Notes: generated by a model not told the origin, from the letters alone. A stretch of 64,000 bases of DNA from Eledone cirrhosa (GCA_964016885.1 OZ024740.1:74772001-74836000); one strand, 5' to 3'; shown: positions 1 through 14,050, numbered from the stretch's first letter. Numbers and translations are program-made.

Positions 1-1350
1 CAGAGATTGCACCAGAGCAAATCCATTTTATTAGATGATTCCGCAGGACCTTGGATAAGACTTTCCCCACCAATTCGAGCAGACTTATACAATGATAATC
101 ACTGCATTCCGACTTAGAGTCCTTGCCCTTGTAGATCAAGAGCAAAATTGCATCTGCCCAGGCTTGCGAGACAGGATCACCACACTATACAGATACAACT
201 GTCTCAACATTGTCTCCTCCAAAGCAAATCTGCTCAACAGGTATTTCATCCAAACCTGGAGCTTTCCCTCTTTATCTCTTTGATAGTAGACCTTATCTCA
301 TCAATGGTTGGATCATTCATCATCTTCTGTTACAGTCTCCCTTTGTGGCAGTCCATTTATAATTTCCTCATCAACTACAGATGAGTTGTCAAACAGATCT
401 TTACAGTGTTTAATCCACTGACTCATGATTTCTGCTGGATCTTTGATGAGGACGTTCCGATCTTTTGACTTCAAAGGTACCATTTTTGAGGACTTTGGAC
501 CAAAAACTTGCCTTATTGTGCTGTATAATGCCTTCAAGTCTCTACAGTTATAAGCTCTTAGCATCTCTGCTGAAACTTCAGACCACCAGTTGTTCTTTAT
601 CTCCTGTGTTTTACTTTGTAGTTTTGATTTTGCTTCCTTGAAGGCTTTCTCAAAAGTGTTCCTCACTGGACCCTCTGCAACATGACACTTCTCATACAGT
701 TTGTTCTTTCCAATAAGCATGATGATTACAGCATCAATATCATCTGTGTTTTGTCTTCTTAAGATCAAGTACATCAGCCCCAACACTGTAAATCTGTTTT
801 AAACTGTTCCCAAGTCCCATCAAAAGCGCATTTTGAAGAGCATCTCGCATTTCTGCACTTTGCAGTTTGGACATATCTATATGTTTTGGCACTTGTACCC
901 CTGCTGCTCTCAATTTTTTTCTGATCTGCACCTTCATCTTGGCACACACAAGTTTGTGGTCTGTACCACATTCAGTACCATTCAGTACAGAGCAGATATC
1001 CTGGAGATGTGTTCTTATTTCGATCTCAGGTGTATCCATGTTGCTTTGCGGATTTCCTTTTATGAAAAAAAAAGTATTGCACACGACTAGCTCAAACTTA
1101 GTGCATAATTGGAAAAGAAGACCATTGGCATTCATCTTGCCCATGCTGTGACATCCTAAAACACTCCAGATGTGTTCGCCCTTTCCCACACATGCATTAA
1201 AATCTCCAAGAAGCAAGATCTTGTCGAATGGATGAAAGGCAAAGTTGACTTTCACTGAATTTGAACTGTGAGAGCAGTGAACCGGAACGAATACCGTGGG
1301 GCGCTCCCTACGTTCTAACGACTCTGTCAATTCATCGCCTATAAGCACAC
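1..1350 (-). mobile_element. Degenerate RTE-clade LINE fragment (APE endonuclease to start of RT)
   Basis: Minus-strand ORFs 740-1348 and 313-786 carry APE motifs LLLGDFNACVG, GKMNANG, CGTDHKLV and the RTE linker PLKSKD...IMSQW; frameshifted. Confidence 0.85.
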
Positions 1351-1702
1351 AATAGACACCTTATTGAAACTTGCTTTGCGGTGACAGATCAAAGGCAGAC
1401 AAAGCCAAACGTTTAAGTTTTTCTCTCACGGCTTTTTTTTATCATAGAAATTTGTTAACTTGAAAGGTCAGGGGAAATAATTTTGTTTATGTAACATTTA
1501 ATATAGTTGAAACAAAATTTTCTTTTGGAAATAGAGCCTGGTAGATTTGCCATACAGAAATTTGCTAGGTCGTGAGAAAATATATTTTATTCATATAGCA
1601 TTTATAAATCTATAATAAGGATACGTTAACAAAGTCTATTGGTTGTGGAAGAAATGACGAACACGACAAGTACCAACAATTCGGGTTTAATATACTCTAT
1701 AG

Positions 1703-1991
1703 CAGGCATGGGTAACCCCTTTCGAAAGTCGGGCCGCATGAGATATGGCTCATCATCAATTAGCCGCAAGCGCTAATTTACATTCGCGCTCACATTAAAA
1801 AAAGGGCGGTAACTCAGGTTGTTTTGATTTGTTTCTTCAAAATTCGAATACGTTGTTTTCCTCAATCGTAAACATGATAGAAAGATAAATTACGACTGAA
1901 AAGTTGGGGTAAAAAGATCAGAAGGATTTCACTTAGGTGACTTAGGCGAGCCATTCAGAAAGCTTCGCGGGCCGCAGGTTGCCCATGACTG
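1703..1991. mobile_element. hAT-type MITE
   Basis: TIRs CAGGCATGGGTAACC / GGTTGCCCATGACTG, subterminal GCGGGCCGCA motifs, imperfect 8-bp flanks CTCTATAG/ATCTAGAC. Confidence 0.7.
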
Positions 1992-2084
1992 ATCTAGACT
2001 ATATTGTTGTACCTGTCACCTCATGAACAATTGAGTCAACAGATCAAATACACATGACAGTGGCGCCTCCACATCCGGGGCGGG

Positions 2085-2650
2085 GTATGGTGGCGGCGGT
2101 AATCGTCGATGTGGTGGTGGTAGCAGTGGTCGTCGTCGTTGTTGCTGTTGTTGTTGTGGTGGTGGTAGTTGTGGTGGTCGTTGTGTTGGTGGTTGTGATA
2201 GTTGTGTTGGCGGCAGTGGTTGTTGTTGTGGTGGTGGTGGTTGTTGTTGTTGTGGTAGTGGTGGTGGTGGTGGTGGTGGTGGTTGTCGTTGTGGTAGTGG
2301 TGGTGGTGGTGGTTGTGGTCTTTTGTAGTATAAGAAGGCGATGGTGGTAGTGGTTGTGCTGGTGGTGGTAGTGGTGATGGCGATGGTGGTGGTGGTTTGG
2401 GACTTTTGTTGTAGTATAAGAAGGCGATAATGGTTGCTGTATTGATGGTGGCGGTGCTGGTGGTGGTAGTGGTGGGGTGGTGTTAGTGTTGCTAGCGGTG
2501 GCGGCGGCTGTGGTTGTGGTGGAGGTAGTAGTGGTGCTGATAGTGATGGCGGCGACCATGGTCGTGGTGGTGGTGATGGTGGTTTGGGCTTTCGTTGTAG
2601 AATAAGAAGGCGATGGTGGTGGTGGTAGTGGTTTGGGGCATTTGTTGTAG
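2085..2650. repeat. (TGG/TTG)n low-complexity tract with a thrice-repeated GTAG(T/A)ATAAGAAGGCGAT motif
   Basis: Directly visible; explains the poly-V, poly-T and poly-P ORFs. Confidence 0.9.
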
Positions 2651-2800
2651 TATCAGAAGACAATCGGCGGGGATGATGGTATTAATTACAGGTGTCTGAA
2701 TGATATCTAATTTTGGCTCAAGGCTGGGGAACGGTAGAGTCGATTAGAGAGGATAAGAAAGGAATTATCACTCCTGAGATTTTAATATGCATGTGTATGG

Positions 2801-2857
<57 letters not shown>

Positions 2858-2892
2858 AGAGAAAGAGTTGGGGGATGTATTTGCATGTATGA

Positions 2893-2954
<62 letters not shown>

Positions 2955-2986
2955 AGAGAAAGAGTTGGGGGATGTATTTGCATGTA

Positions 2987-3018
<32 letters not shown>

Positions 3019-3019
3019 C

Positions 3020-6000
3020 GTATAGTTCAAGCGGCACTGATGGCAACAATATGAAATTGCTCCACTCTCTACTCAGAGAGGTGTATGGTCCTTTCAGCTC
3101 ACCAGTAACACCGTTGAGATCAAAAGATGGCAAGCAGTTACTACGCGATCCAAAAGACATACTCGACAGATGGAGAGATCACTTAAACCAGCCATCCCAG
3201 GTTGATGATTTCGTTTGCTCCATTCCTATTGAACCAGTGAAGCATGAGATGGCTGATGTACCTTCTCTTGCAGAGGTGACTTCTGCTGTGCATAAGCTGA
3301 ACTGTGGTAAGTCTCCTGGTATGGATGGTCTGAGTACAGAGGTTTTGAAGTTGGTGGCGAAAACTTTACGCAGCGCATGACTGGCCTCATGAAAAGGTAT
3401 GGGAAGATGCGCTCATGGTGATTCTCCATAAAGGAAAGGGTGGGAAGAACAAATGTGGCAATTATCGAGGCATATCACTTCTTTCAGTCGTTGGTAAAGT
3501 CATGTGTCGAATTTTGATGGATATATTGATCTCAAGGTTTGCTCTGAATGTGTTGTCTGAGTCTCAGTGTGGGTTCAGAAACTAAAGAGGAACGGTGGAT
3601 ATGATCTTTTCTGTTCGGCAGCTGCAAGAAAAGTGTATCGAACAATGTATGGACCTTTGCCAGGTCTTTCTTGACTTGACAAAGGGCTTTGGCACCGTCA
3701 ATCGAACTGCACTGTGGAACATTTTGGAAAAGCTTGGCTGCCCTCCAAAGTTTGTGAAGATTCTGCGTCTTTTTCATGATGACATGAAGGCTTAGGTCGG
3801 TATTGGTGGTAGCATCTCTGAACCAATATCAGTTGAAAATGGAATTGTAGCAAGAGTTGCCTCCCTTGTTGTGACGATCACATCACCAATAGAGTAACGC
3901 TCTCTAGACAGAAAGTAGCTGGAGTTACTTCCCGATGTGGTTGCCTTCTTTGTCACTTCTTCCAGAGACCATAAAAGGGACAGCTCCAGGCTGTCTCTCT
4001 CATTTGCCCTCTCGGCTGCTTGCCCTCGCGTTCGCCGAGTCTCTACTCTCTGGTAACCCTAACATGGTCTCTTGAGAGCTAACTTCAAAACGGTAACAAA
4101 TAACTTTACTTCATACTCTTGACATGTCAACAATTCTATACTACATAACTTCAACTTGTTAATTAAACTTTATATACACAACTGAGTCTCCTGTTATATT
4201 CATACATACCAGTATTTTGTTATAAGTGGTGACCCCGAAAAAAGAAAAAAATGATAGGATTTGGTGTTGTGTGAATATATATAAATTAATTAGCAGTACC
4301 CCATTTTCGTTGGAATGTGCCGACCAACATTTCAAATACGCAGCAAACTTTATTAACAAACTAGGAAAAATACGCAGACACAGAAACGAACACACGCACA
4401 TGTGAAATTCTCGTTCAGACAGACTCTTCTTCTCTCACCTAACGTGATATTTTTTTTTCGGATTAAGAAATCCCTCCGACCACCATGGGCATTTCAATAT
4501 GAACATTTATTTTTGCTGAATCTCAACTAGTGCTTATTCTTTCCACCAAGTTTTTTTTCATCGTTCACAAAAAAATTGAACTCGCCATATTTGTTATACC
4601 AAGTGAAACCTTTCTTTCTTTTTCATCATATTATCACGTTCACACACACATTTTTCAAAATGGCTGCCGACGACCTGTTGCACTATCATTTTCGCGCCAT
4701 TTTCTCGCGCAATAGAAATATATTTTTTTTCAACTTGACTTTAACCTTGTTTCGGCACGTGTGGGCAGCACACATCTCGACTCACTGAGATACCACACGC
4801 CATAGATAATGTTTCTTGCCAAGGATTCTCCATCCTTAAGCTATATTCTCCTATTTGCCGGTTTAAAAATTTACCACGTAAATTTGCCGTTGAAAACTGC
4901 GCATTTATTCAGAATACTTATTTCTTTGGTCGCTGGCCTCTTGACCCTTCCAGGTCAACGTATTCTCAACATCGACCATCAACTTTGGCTGTTATTTCTA
5001 GCACTTTGCGCAACTCATTTTTTCTGGGAAAATTTTTACTGTGAATTTAAACAACATCGAATACGCTCACTCCGCGAGACAACAACATCAACAACAACAA
5101 CACAGCTTCATCAACAACCAAAACCAGCAGAACAAGCCAGAGAATTTATTTTTGCAGCACTCTTCCTGTGAGAAAATCCCACCGAATTTCACGTTGTACC
5201 ACAGTCTAGAGACCACCTGCATACATTCTCTGGAGGACACACTTTCTTTCCTGCTGTCATGTGATTGCACACCTGTGAACTGTATTTTGAACATTTGAAC
5301 TTTGACCTCTTCTTTTAGTTTGATTACATAGTATCTTTGAGTGATGGATAGATAGATGTTCAGTCGTTCTTTTGCTAAGAACGGTTGGCTACCTTGATAT
5401 CTATCATTAATTTTTGCATGCTTATATTTTGCTGTTTTGCTTTTATTGCAAACATTATTTTTTTAAATAATTTTCATGCCTGGACTTTGGTGTTACAACA
5501 TGCTCGCCATCTTACTACATACATCGTTCATTCGATTTTTATGTTTTAAAAATCTGGCGGGGGGTAATATAGCAAGAGTTGCCTCCCTTGTTGTGACGAT
5601 CACATCACCAATAGAGTAACGCTCTCTAGACAGGAAGTAGCTGGAGTTACTTCCCGTTGTGGTTGCCTTCTTTGTCACTTCTTCCAGGGACCATATAAAA
5701 AGGGCAGCTCCAGGCTGTCTCTCTCTCATTTGCCCTTTCGGCCAGGCGCGTTCGCTGAGTCTCTACTCTCTGGCAACTCTAACATGGTCTCTTGCGAGCT
5801 AACTTCAAAACGGTAACAAATAACTTTACTTCATATTTCATTTACTCTTGACATGTCAACAATTCTATACTACATAACTTCAACTTGTTAATTAAATATT
5901 ATATACACAACTGAGTCTCCTGTTATATTCATACACACCAGTATTTTGTTATAGAATGAAGCAGGGGGACATTCCGGCTCCAACTCTGTTTTTCTTATAT

Positions 6001-7330
6001 TTTACGATGGTGCTTCTCGTGGCACCCAGGAAAAATTGTTCGCATGGAGTTTACATCAGGTATCACACTTCAGGAAGGTTGTTCAACATCGGGCACTTTG
6101 GTGCAAGCACAAAGGTATTAACATCTATAATCCGAGAGTTTTTGTATGCAGATGACTGCGATCTTTTTGCACACTCACAAAGTGACATGCAGCATATTAT
6201 GAACTCTTTTTCTGAAGCTTGCAGCGCTTTGGGCCTCACAATAAGCTTGGAAAAGACTGTTGTGATGTATCAGCCAGCACCTGGAAAAGAGTACACTACA
6301 CCAAGTGTATATGTGTACGGAAAGAGGCTAAAAGTTGCTGACAAATTTGTTTACCTTGATAGTACGTTGAAAAATTCATGCACACTTAATGATGAAATAT
6401 CCTTAAGAATCAAGAAAGCCAGTGATGCTTTTGGACAGCTGCATGAACGTTTATGGTCCAGACGAGGTTTCACTATCGAAACGAAGGGGAAAGGGTATCT
6501 GACTTGTGTCATCTCCTCTTTGCTTTATGCTTGTGAAACGTGAGTCACATACAAAAAACGCCTCAATGAATTGGAGAAATTTCACCAACAATCTCTTCGT
6601 AAGTTACTTGGAGTGCAATGGAAAATGTTCGTCAATGATTTGGAAGTTCTCGAACCGAGCAGGTGCGTGACTATAGAGAGCATCATCTTTCGGCATCGGT
6701 TGAGGTGGTGCGGACACGTGGTACGGATGTCTGATGATCGTATTCCAAAGCAACTTCTCTACGGAGAACTGTGTGAAGGAAGGCGACCACCACACAAACC
6801 CAAAATGCGGTACCGGGACTGTGTCAGGGGCACTTTGGCTTGTGCTGGAATTTCATCTGACAACCGGGATAAAATGGCTGAGGAGCGTGTGAAGTGGAGA
6901 CGTTTGATCAAGTCAGGTAGTGAACACGTTGAAACTCGTCGGAGAGGACACCTAGCATTGGAAAGGAATGTAAGGAAAAGAGACTGTTCTGAGCTGCCTG
7001 CTGTTGAACATCATCTAGTTTGCCAGCACTGTGGTCGAGTCTACCTGAGTAAAGCTCGTTTGACTAGACACAAACAAACTCATATCAGTAGACCTCATGT
7101 AGATTATGATCTGAAAAGGTGTAAGGAATGTGCTAGCATGGGAGGGCTTAAAAGACACACGAGAACACAGCCAAAACAAAGCAATGGAAAGTCCCGGAGA
7201 AGCCTACAGTTTCCATGTATGTGCCAGAGGGTGCAAGTCTTTGACTGGTTTAAAGAGCCACATTCGTGCCTCACATTTTTGAGCATTTTATTGGACGATG
7301 GCAATGCTTGAACACGAGTTTGCAACCATC
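3020..7330 (+). mobile_element. 5'-truncated RTE LINE (RT plus C-terminal C2H2 zinc fingers), interrupted by an LTR element
   Basis: Motifs [40 protein letters not shown]|MKQG, FLYADD, RLRWCGHVVRM, CQHCGRVYLSKARLTRHKQTH; contains stops and frameshifts. Confidence 0.9.
3846..5953 (+). mobile_element. Non-autonomous LTR retrotransposon (LTRs 3846-4224 and 5568-5953)
   Basis: Two similar ~380-bp direct repeats, 4-bp TSD GAAT, PBS TGGTGACCCCGA (tRNA-Trp complement) after the 5' LTR, PPT GGCGGGGGGTAA before the 3' LTR, no recognisable gag/pol. Confidence 0.9.
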
Positions 7331-7382
7331 ATATATGTATATATATATATATGTGTGTGTGTTTATGTATGTGTGTAGTATT

Positions 7383-7424
<42 letters not shown>

Positions 7425-7426
<2 letters not shown>

Positions 7427-7704
7427 TATTTCGTATCTCCAAAGAAATACGGTTTTAGGAAGCCGTAGCTATGCAAACACCGGGAGGCTAACGCCCTCTG
7501 GTGATGTCCAGCAGAAGCAAAGGGGATAACCGTCTATACATTTCAGGGTTAATTGGCCATCGTTAGGACGGTCCCTCCCACTGCTTGCGCCTGCTGAACT
7601 AGAAGACAGGCGAGAATATATAGTTTACTCGTCTGTGTAAATGAGGTGATTAATGCATACCTACGGCTTCCTAAAACCGTATTTCTTTGGAGATACGAAA
7701 TATT
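7425..7704. mobile_element. Small fold-back/MITE-like element with ~50-bp terminal inverted repeats
   Basis: AATATTTCGTATCTCCAAAGAAATACGGTTTTAGGAAGCCGTAG at the left end, its reverse complement at the right end; abuts (TA)n. Confidence 0.75.
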
Positions 7705-7747
7705 TATACATATTGTATAAAGCTATGCTTGAAGCGAAATCCTCTTT

Positions 7748-7836
<89 letters not shown>

Positions 7837-8128
7837 CGACTCATTGGAAAAAATCCGATACCGCAACCCCAAATGTTCAGCCATCCATACACAACAGTTC
7901 GAAATACATGATTACAACTTTTTATATTTACAGTTTCTTCTAAATGTTACACACACACATGCAGACACAGTTATACGATATTTTTCTCTCTCTCCAAATT
8001 TCTCTGCACTCGAAATGCGGCCACAGTACCCACATTTTGTGTGTCTTGGGACACGCTTCTGGAATCAGATTTCGATGCCCCTTTTGTAATCGATCGCTGC
8101 TCCTGCATTGATCTGGGTAGGGAACTAA

Positions 8129-8582
8129 TGTAGCGAAATCTGTCTACGCCTTGAACCCTGGGTGACACCTAAAAGTCAAATTCTAGGTCACCATCCTTTT
8201 CGGTGTGGACAGGTTCATGCATAGGCGATCCCTTGAGGCAGGGAGACAGAAAGCGACAGGTATATAAAGCCTATATTTTCCCACGTTAAACACAGAGAGA
8301 TCGGAGCCGTACTCTATAGACAAGCTATGTAAAGATTCACCACTATCTACATGCCTCCGAGGTGTACAGACAACTACAGACCATTACTCTCTCTCTCACT
8401 ATGGTCTCAGAATACACCAGCCTCATGAACCAACAACAAAATAACATTGTCAACCTTTGCGACTCGTGGTAACTTGTTTATTGTACTTTTTGACGGAAGT
8501 GAAGTAAACCTTTTTATATATAAAGTAAATCAGTCATTCTTGTTATTTCATCTAACAACCACTACTAATACCCTTCGTTACA
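8129..8582 (+). mobile_element. Gypsy-type 3' LTR with PPT
   Basis: Inverted termini TGTAGCGAA...TTCGTTACA, preceded by purine tract GGGTAGGGAACTAA; internal TATATAAA. Confidence 0.6.
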
Positions 8583-9049
8583 TATATACGTGTATATATA
8601 TGAATGTAGTAGTAACCTGACCAGATGCATGAACTAACCTTTATCGAAGTAGTCCAACCCTGTCGACTGGGTTGGAGTGTTTGGCTAAATGCTACATATC
8701 TCTACTGCTTGAGCAATTCGAAGTATATTCTCCTATTCTGAGAAACCAGAGTGGAATGACTGAGAGAAAAACTTATCTCATTTAACCTCAAATTTGCCAG
8801 ACCACTGGTGCCAACACGAGATAAAGATAAACAGCTCTGCGGTGTCGTTTAGAGGTGAAGTTTTTAGTGGGCGCTTAACAGACCGAATGAAACCTTATTG
8901 CCGAGAGTATCAAATTATTGCTACAAGATGGCAAGTCGACCGGATCTGGTGCTTGTTGTCGGCATAGAGTTAAGAGTAACCAGTGGACATGCATGCTGAT
9001 TAGGGGGTTAACTTGGTTTATGATGAGGGTGCTTTCAAATCTATCTGGG

Positions 9050-9760
9050 CTTTTTAAAGACAGTCAACACAGACAGCATCCCTCTTTCCATTTATGTCCC
9101 AAATGAAATGTTTGGTGGTGTGTGTTGAGTACTTGGTAGGGTCCAGAGTATGGTGGTTGTAAAGAAGCTCTGATAGTGTCCCTTCTGACAAAAATGTGTG
9201 TCCATTGCTGTGTGTCAGATTAAACTTGAGTAGTGACACCTTGATGGCGAGATACAATGGATAGCAGATTTGACATATAGGTCCGCAGAATGGATGTAGT
9301 TCGTTGGATCTGCAGGGTGTTGAGAATCAGGGGCAATCATTTGCCTGGATAACACTAATGTCGTGTCATAAACCATCTCAGATGGCATAAAACCAAGTCC
9401 TTCTTTTACCGTGGAGTGCCAAGAAGATTGATAGGTAAAAGTTCCAACAAGTTGCTGTTGTTGACATAGGCTCTGAGAACAAATTTTAATTGCCGATGGA
9501 AATGTTGCCATACTGATATCTGCAGAGTCGTAAGCTGTTATACATGATTGGTTACAACCTAGGAGGCGTGTCAATTCATTAAAAAGGTTCGTTTCAAATT
9601 GGCCGCCTTTGTCTATTGTGATAGTAGAAGGTGTGCCACAACGTGAAAGCCAATGCTGGACCAGTGACTTAGTTTCGGCTGTGGTATCAGGCAGGGGAAT
9701 GGCTTCAGGCCACCGGAAGAATCTGTCCACATAGGTCAAAAGGTGTGTGCAGCCTTGAGA
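9050..9760 (-). mobile_element. Gypsy (CsRn1-like) integrase remnant
   Basis: YVDRFFRWPEAIPL, ITIDKGGQFE and PSEMVY motifs; frameshifted. Confidence 0.85.
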
Positions 9761-10118
9761 AAGTTATAACTCCGAGGTCATAGGTCAGTGCCCTGGTGGT
9801 CGTAGCCTTCGGAAAAATCACTGTGACAATTTTTCCTCGCTACACACTTTCATATAACATTTCAGTCCACTAACCAAGGCAGAATCTTTTCCAGATTCCC
9901 TACAGACAGAAACGCTGTACAATGCATAGTTGTGCCTATTTCTAATGGGGTTCCTTCTTGTTCTTCTGATAGGCATTTAACAGGTTTGAGATCTTTGTTC
10001 TTCGTCTTATAAGCATTTTCCTGTCTCTGGGAATAAGATTTTTGTGTCTGTTGGGTTTTTTTTCCCCCGGGACAAACTTACGGCATATGGTTTGTATTGT
10101 TATCATGAAATGTTGAAA

Positions 10119-10829
<711 letters not shown>

Positions 10830-11104
10830 AAATATGTGAAATCCTCGGTACAGTTAGGTATATTTAAAAAAAGGAAAAGAATGACTTCACTTGTAGTCCT
10901 AAACTATCTAATTTTATAATATTATGATTTTACAATTTGGTTTTGTACATCAAGTAAGTTCTTTTTTAACTTCAGTGGGGAGATTTTTAAAGAATTCTGG
11001 TTAACTTTCCTGGAGAACTTTCTCGCATTCGTCGGTGGCGAGTGTCAGTTTGACAATCTTTAAATATATATGTATAAACATGAATATATATATATGTGTG
11101 TGTG

Positions 11105-11607
11105 TGTTACGTAATTCCATCTCTATCTGACGACCGATCCAGACGTATATATTAATCATCGTCTGTGATCCAGAAACCTTTGGTAATGGAGTAGTTATAT
11201 TTTGTGTTGTTCACATATTTACTTATATCTACATATATACATACGAAGTGGTGTTTTCTTAAATCGTTCGATCACGTCGGGGGTCACCAATTGAAGTGAA
11301 GTTAGTGATTGTTATTTAAGATGATTCTCTGTGTATAATTGAAGTGCCGATGGAAGAATTGCTGTCGCGCCCTTATCGACAGGGCCGTAATTTATTTTTG
11401 CTAAGTACTACATTTCGTTCTTTGCTTGAGCAGATCGAAGTGGTGCGTCTCTTCCGAGGAACCAGAGTCGAATGTCACAGATAAAGCTTATCTTGCCTCA
11501 CCTCAGGCTAACCAGCCACTCCAGACAAATGACGCCAATTGAGATAAAGAGAAATAGCAACTAGATGTCATTCGGGGTCAGTGTGTGTGAAGAGATTTCG
11601 CTATACA
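11105..11607 (-). mobile_element. Probable solo LTR containing a tRNA-Trp complement
   Basis: Minus-strand termini TGTATAGCGAAATC...TTACGTAACA resemble the 8129 LTR; TCACGTCGGGGGTCACCA near 11273-11289. Confidence 0.5.
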
Positions 11608-11769
11608 CACACATATATATATTTACACACACACACACACACATATATATACACACACACATACATACATACATACATACATACATTTTGTTTTGCAAGG
11701 TTTTTGATATTAAATTGTGTGTTGAAACAGATATTATAATATAGGGGGGGGGGGTCATATTGTTATAAT

Positions 11770-11956
11770 TGTTTCTACTTTTGGCACAAGGCCAGCAATT
11801 AACCAGTGCATTACTGGTACTTTATTTTATCGACCCGTAAGGATGAAAGGCAAAGTTAACCTCGGCGAGATTTGAACTCAGATCATAAAGGGAGGTAACT
11901 CTATGCTTCAAAGCATGGCACCCAACCCTCTACCGATACTGCCAATCCACCGCCCT
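11770..11956 (-). mobile_element. tRNA-derived SINE with TSD
   Basis: A-box TGGCAGTATCGG and B-box GAGTTCAAATC on the minus strand; 12-bp TSD TATTGTTATAAT; many copies in the window. Confidence 0.85.
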
Positions 11957-12124
11957 TATTGTTATAATATTGCCAAAAATAATAATAAAACACATTCACT
12001 GTTTGGTTTGGATTGGTTTTCGCTTCTGTATCTTTTATATCTCCATAGTTAATTTATCTGGCAATCAATGTTTATCATTGATTGACCAATGGTTAAAAAT
12101 ACAGATATAAATATATATATAGTC

Positions 12125-13150
12125 TATCAAAGTTGTTTCGTCACACACCTGTGACATCATCAGTGGTACTATTATGTTTCCTCCCGTTGTAATGTCTACG
12201 CCATTTTTATTTAATTTATTTATTTATTCTTGTCTCTGTCTCTGTTTGTGTGTGTGTTTTCTGTTTGGTGTGTGTGTTTGTGTCTGAGTCTATGTGTGTT
12301 TGTATTCTATCTTTGTTCACTAGTGTGTGTTTATGTGTGGCTGTTGTTATTGTACTTGTGAATATTTATTTATTTATTTATATTTACCTGAGGTAAGTAT
12401 TGTGTGTTTGGGTATGGTTGTTGTTATTCCATTTCTTTTTTTCTGTTCAACTTTGGTTTTCTTTGTTCTATTTCAGTTGCTTCTCTGATTTGTCTACCTG
12501 TTGAGTCATTTCTATGTTTAGATATTATTTTGATTTCTATGTTATCTGTATTACCATCATGTCTTCGTAAATCATATTCATATAGTACCGAACCGTCTTT
12601 TTATCCTTTTAGCCCCCCCCCCCCCCCCCCCGTATTGGTTTATTCTCTCTCTCATATGCTTCGAGCTGTCTCACCTATGTATGTCGTTGTTATGTTTCTG
12701 CAAGTACCCTCTGTACATCTTATGTTATAGAATACATTTCTAGTTTTACAATTTATTTGAGGATTTATTCTACATATAACGGATTTCTTATTCGTACAGT
12801 TAGTTTTCTTAAAGGGGTATGTTTTGATCAGGGATTTTATGGTAGTTCCTAGCTTTTCTATCACTTTAATCTTTAGATGGTTCTTTCTTAGGGCCTTTCT
12901 AAATTGGTTAGCTAAATTCCCTCCACGAACATGACACTCTGGTATCTCTGGTTGTCGTACCATGAAGTGGCTTTCCCTATCTTATGTTTAGTCCTATCTA
13001 AGCTATTCTATGATTTGTTCCTGTACAACGGGCAAATTCCTTTCATGTCCATTTCTAGGAGGATCTTATACTTCTCCGTGGCTCCTTTGTACACTCTGAT
13101 TCTGTCCCTTTGGTTGTAGCCAGAGAACTGCATGGATTGATGAAGTGTTG
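12125..13150 (-). mobile_element. Penelope-like element 3' part (GIY-YIG endonuclease) with hammerhead remnant at 12131-12167
   Basis: NVFYNIRC...YIGETARSI motif; downstream CTGATGA-GTCAC/GTGAC-GAAA, but stem III and stem I are broken. Confidence 0.8.
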
Positions 13151-13189
13151 GATGTGTTACACCCAGTGACTGGCATAGTAGTATAATCT

Positions 13190-14050
13190 TTAACTAATAC
13201 AAGGGAAAAGGTGATGATCTAGAAAATAGAAACTACAGGGGAATGGAATTGATGGATCAAGTTATGAAAGTGGTAGAGCAGGGGGTCAACAACTTCTTTG
13301 CCTCCACGGGCCGGATCGAGTATTAATGATGGATAGCCATAAAAGAATAATTATGGAAAATTACACAAGCTAAAATTTAATCACGAGTGTTGACTATACT
13401 TTAAAATAATTTGTATTAACCACAGATGAATGTAGTAATGGAAAAACATAATTTATTCAATTTAAGACATCGTTGGAATTATTTGTTTAAAAAATCTTAA
13501 AAATACATAGCACAATTTTTAATTGTGTTTTTGTTGTCAAAGCGTTCACATCCAGTTGGTGGTGGACATTAGGTAGAGTGAATCAGAAGATTTGTGGAAG
13601 AATGTAACAGCAAGCCTTTTATTGTATTCAAAAGTCTCGTCTCTCTCCTATTACAATAAATTTAAATTTCAAATAAACAACTCATTGGGCATCAGTTCTC
13701 GCGGGCCGACTCCTGTGGTAGAGCGTTGGCACAACTAATTAGAGAAAGACTCAAATTATATGGGATGAAGTTTGGCTTTATTCCAGGGAGGAGCACCATA
13801 GATGCTCTTTTCATAGTGAGTCAACTACAAGAGAAGTTCCTAGCTAAGTGTAAGCCACTATATCTAGTTTTTGTCGATCTGGTGGTCTTTATAAAAACTG
13901 GGTAAAGTTGAGTGACTTGTGAGAGAAATGCAAGCCATATATAGAGGTTTGGTGAAGAATTCAATGTACAAGTGGGTGTTCATCAAAACTTAGTCCTCGA
14001 CCCACTCCTGTTTATTATACAAGATACAACAGAAGAGATTAGAGCCAATC
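13190..14050 (+). mobile_element. Degenerate RTE LINE RT fragment
   Basis: KGKGD..NYRG..LMDQVMKVVE, DALFIVSQLQEKF, LYLVFVDL, GVHQ; split by a MITE. Confidence 0.75.
13279..13715. mobile_element. hAT MITE with perfect 8-bp TSD
   Basis: Termini CAGGGGGTC...GACTCCTG; TSD TGGTAGAG at 13271-13278 and 13716-13723. Confidence 0.85.

Noticed and set aside
2016-2663. Pro/Gln-, Thr- and Val-rich ORFs
   Set aside because: Translations of a trinucleotide repeat; no splice or domain support.
4809-5298. Env-like or accessory ORFs inside the non-autonomous LTR element
   Set aside because: Short, overlapping and low-complexity, with no recognisable motif.
11273-11289. tRNA-Trp gene
   Set aside because: Only the 3' ~18 nt including CCA are present; this is a PBS-type complement, not a cloverleaf.
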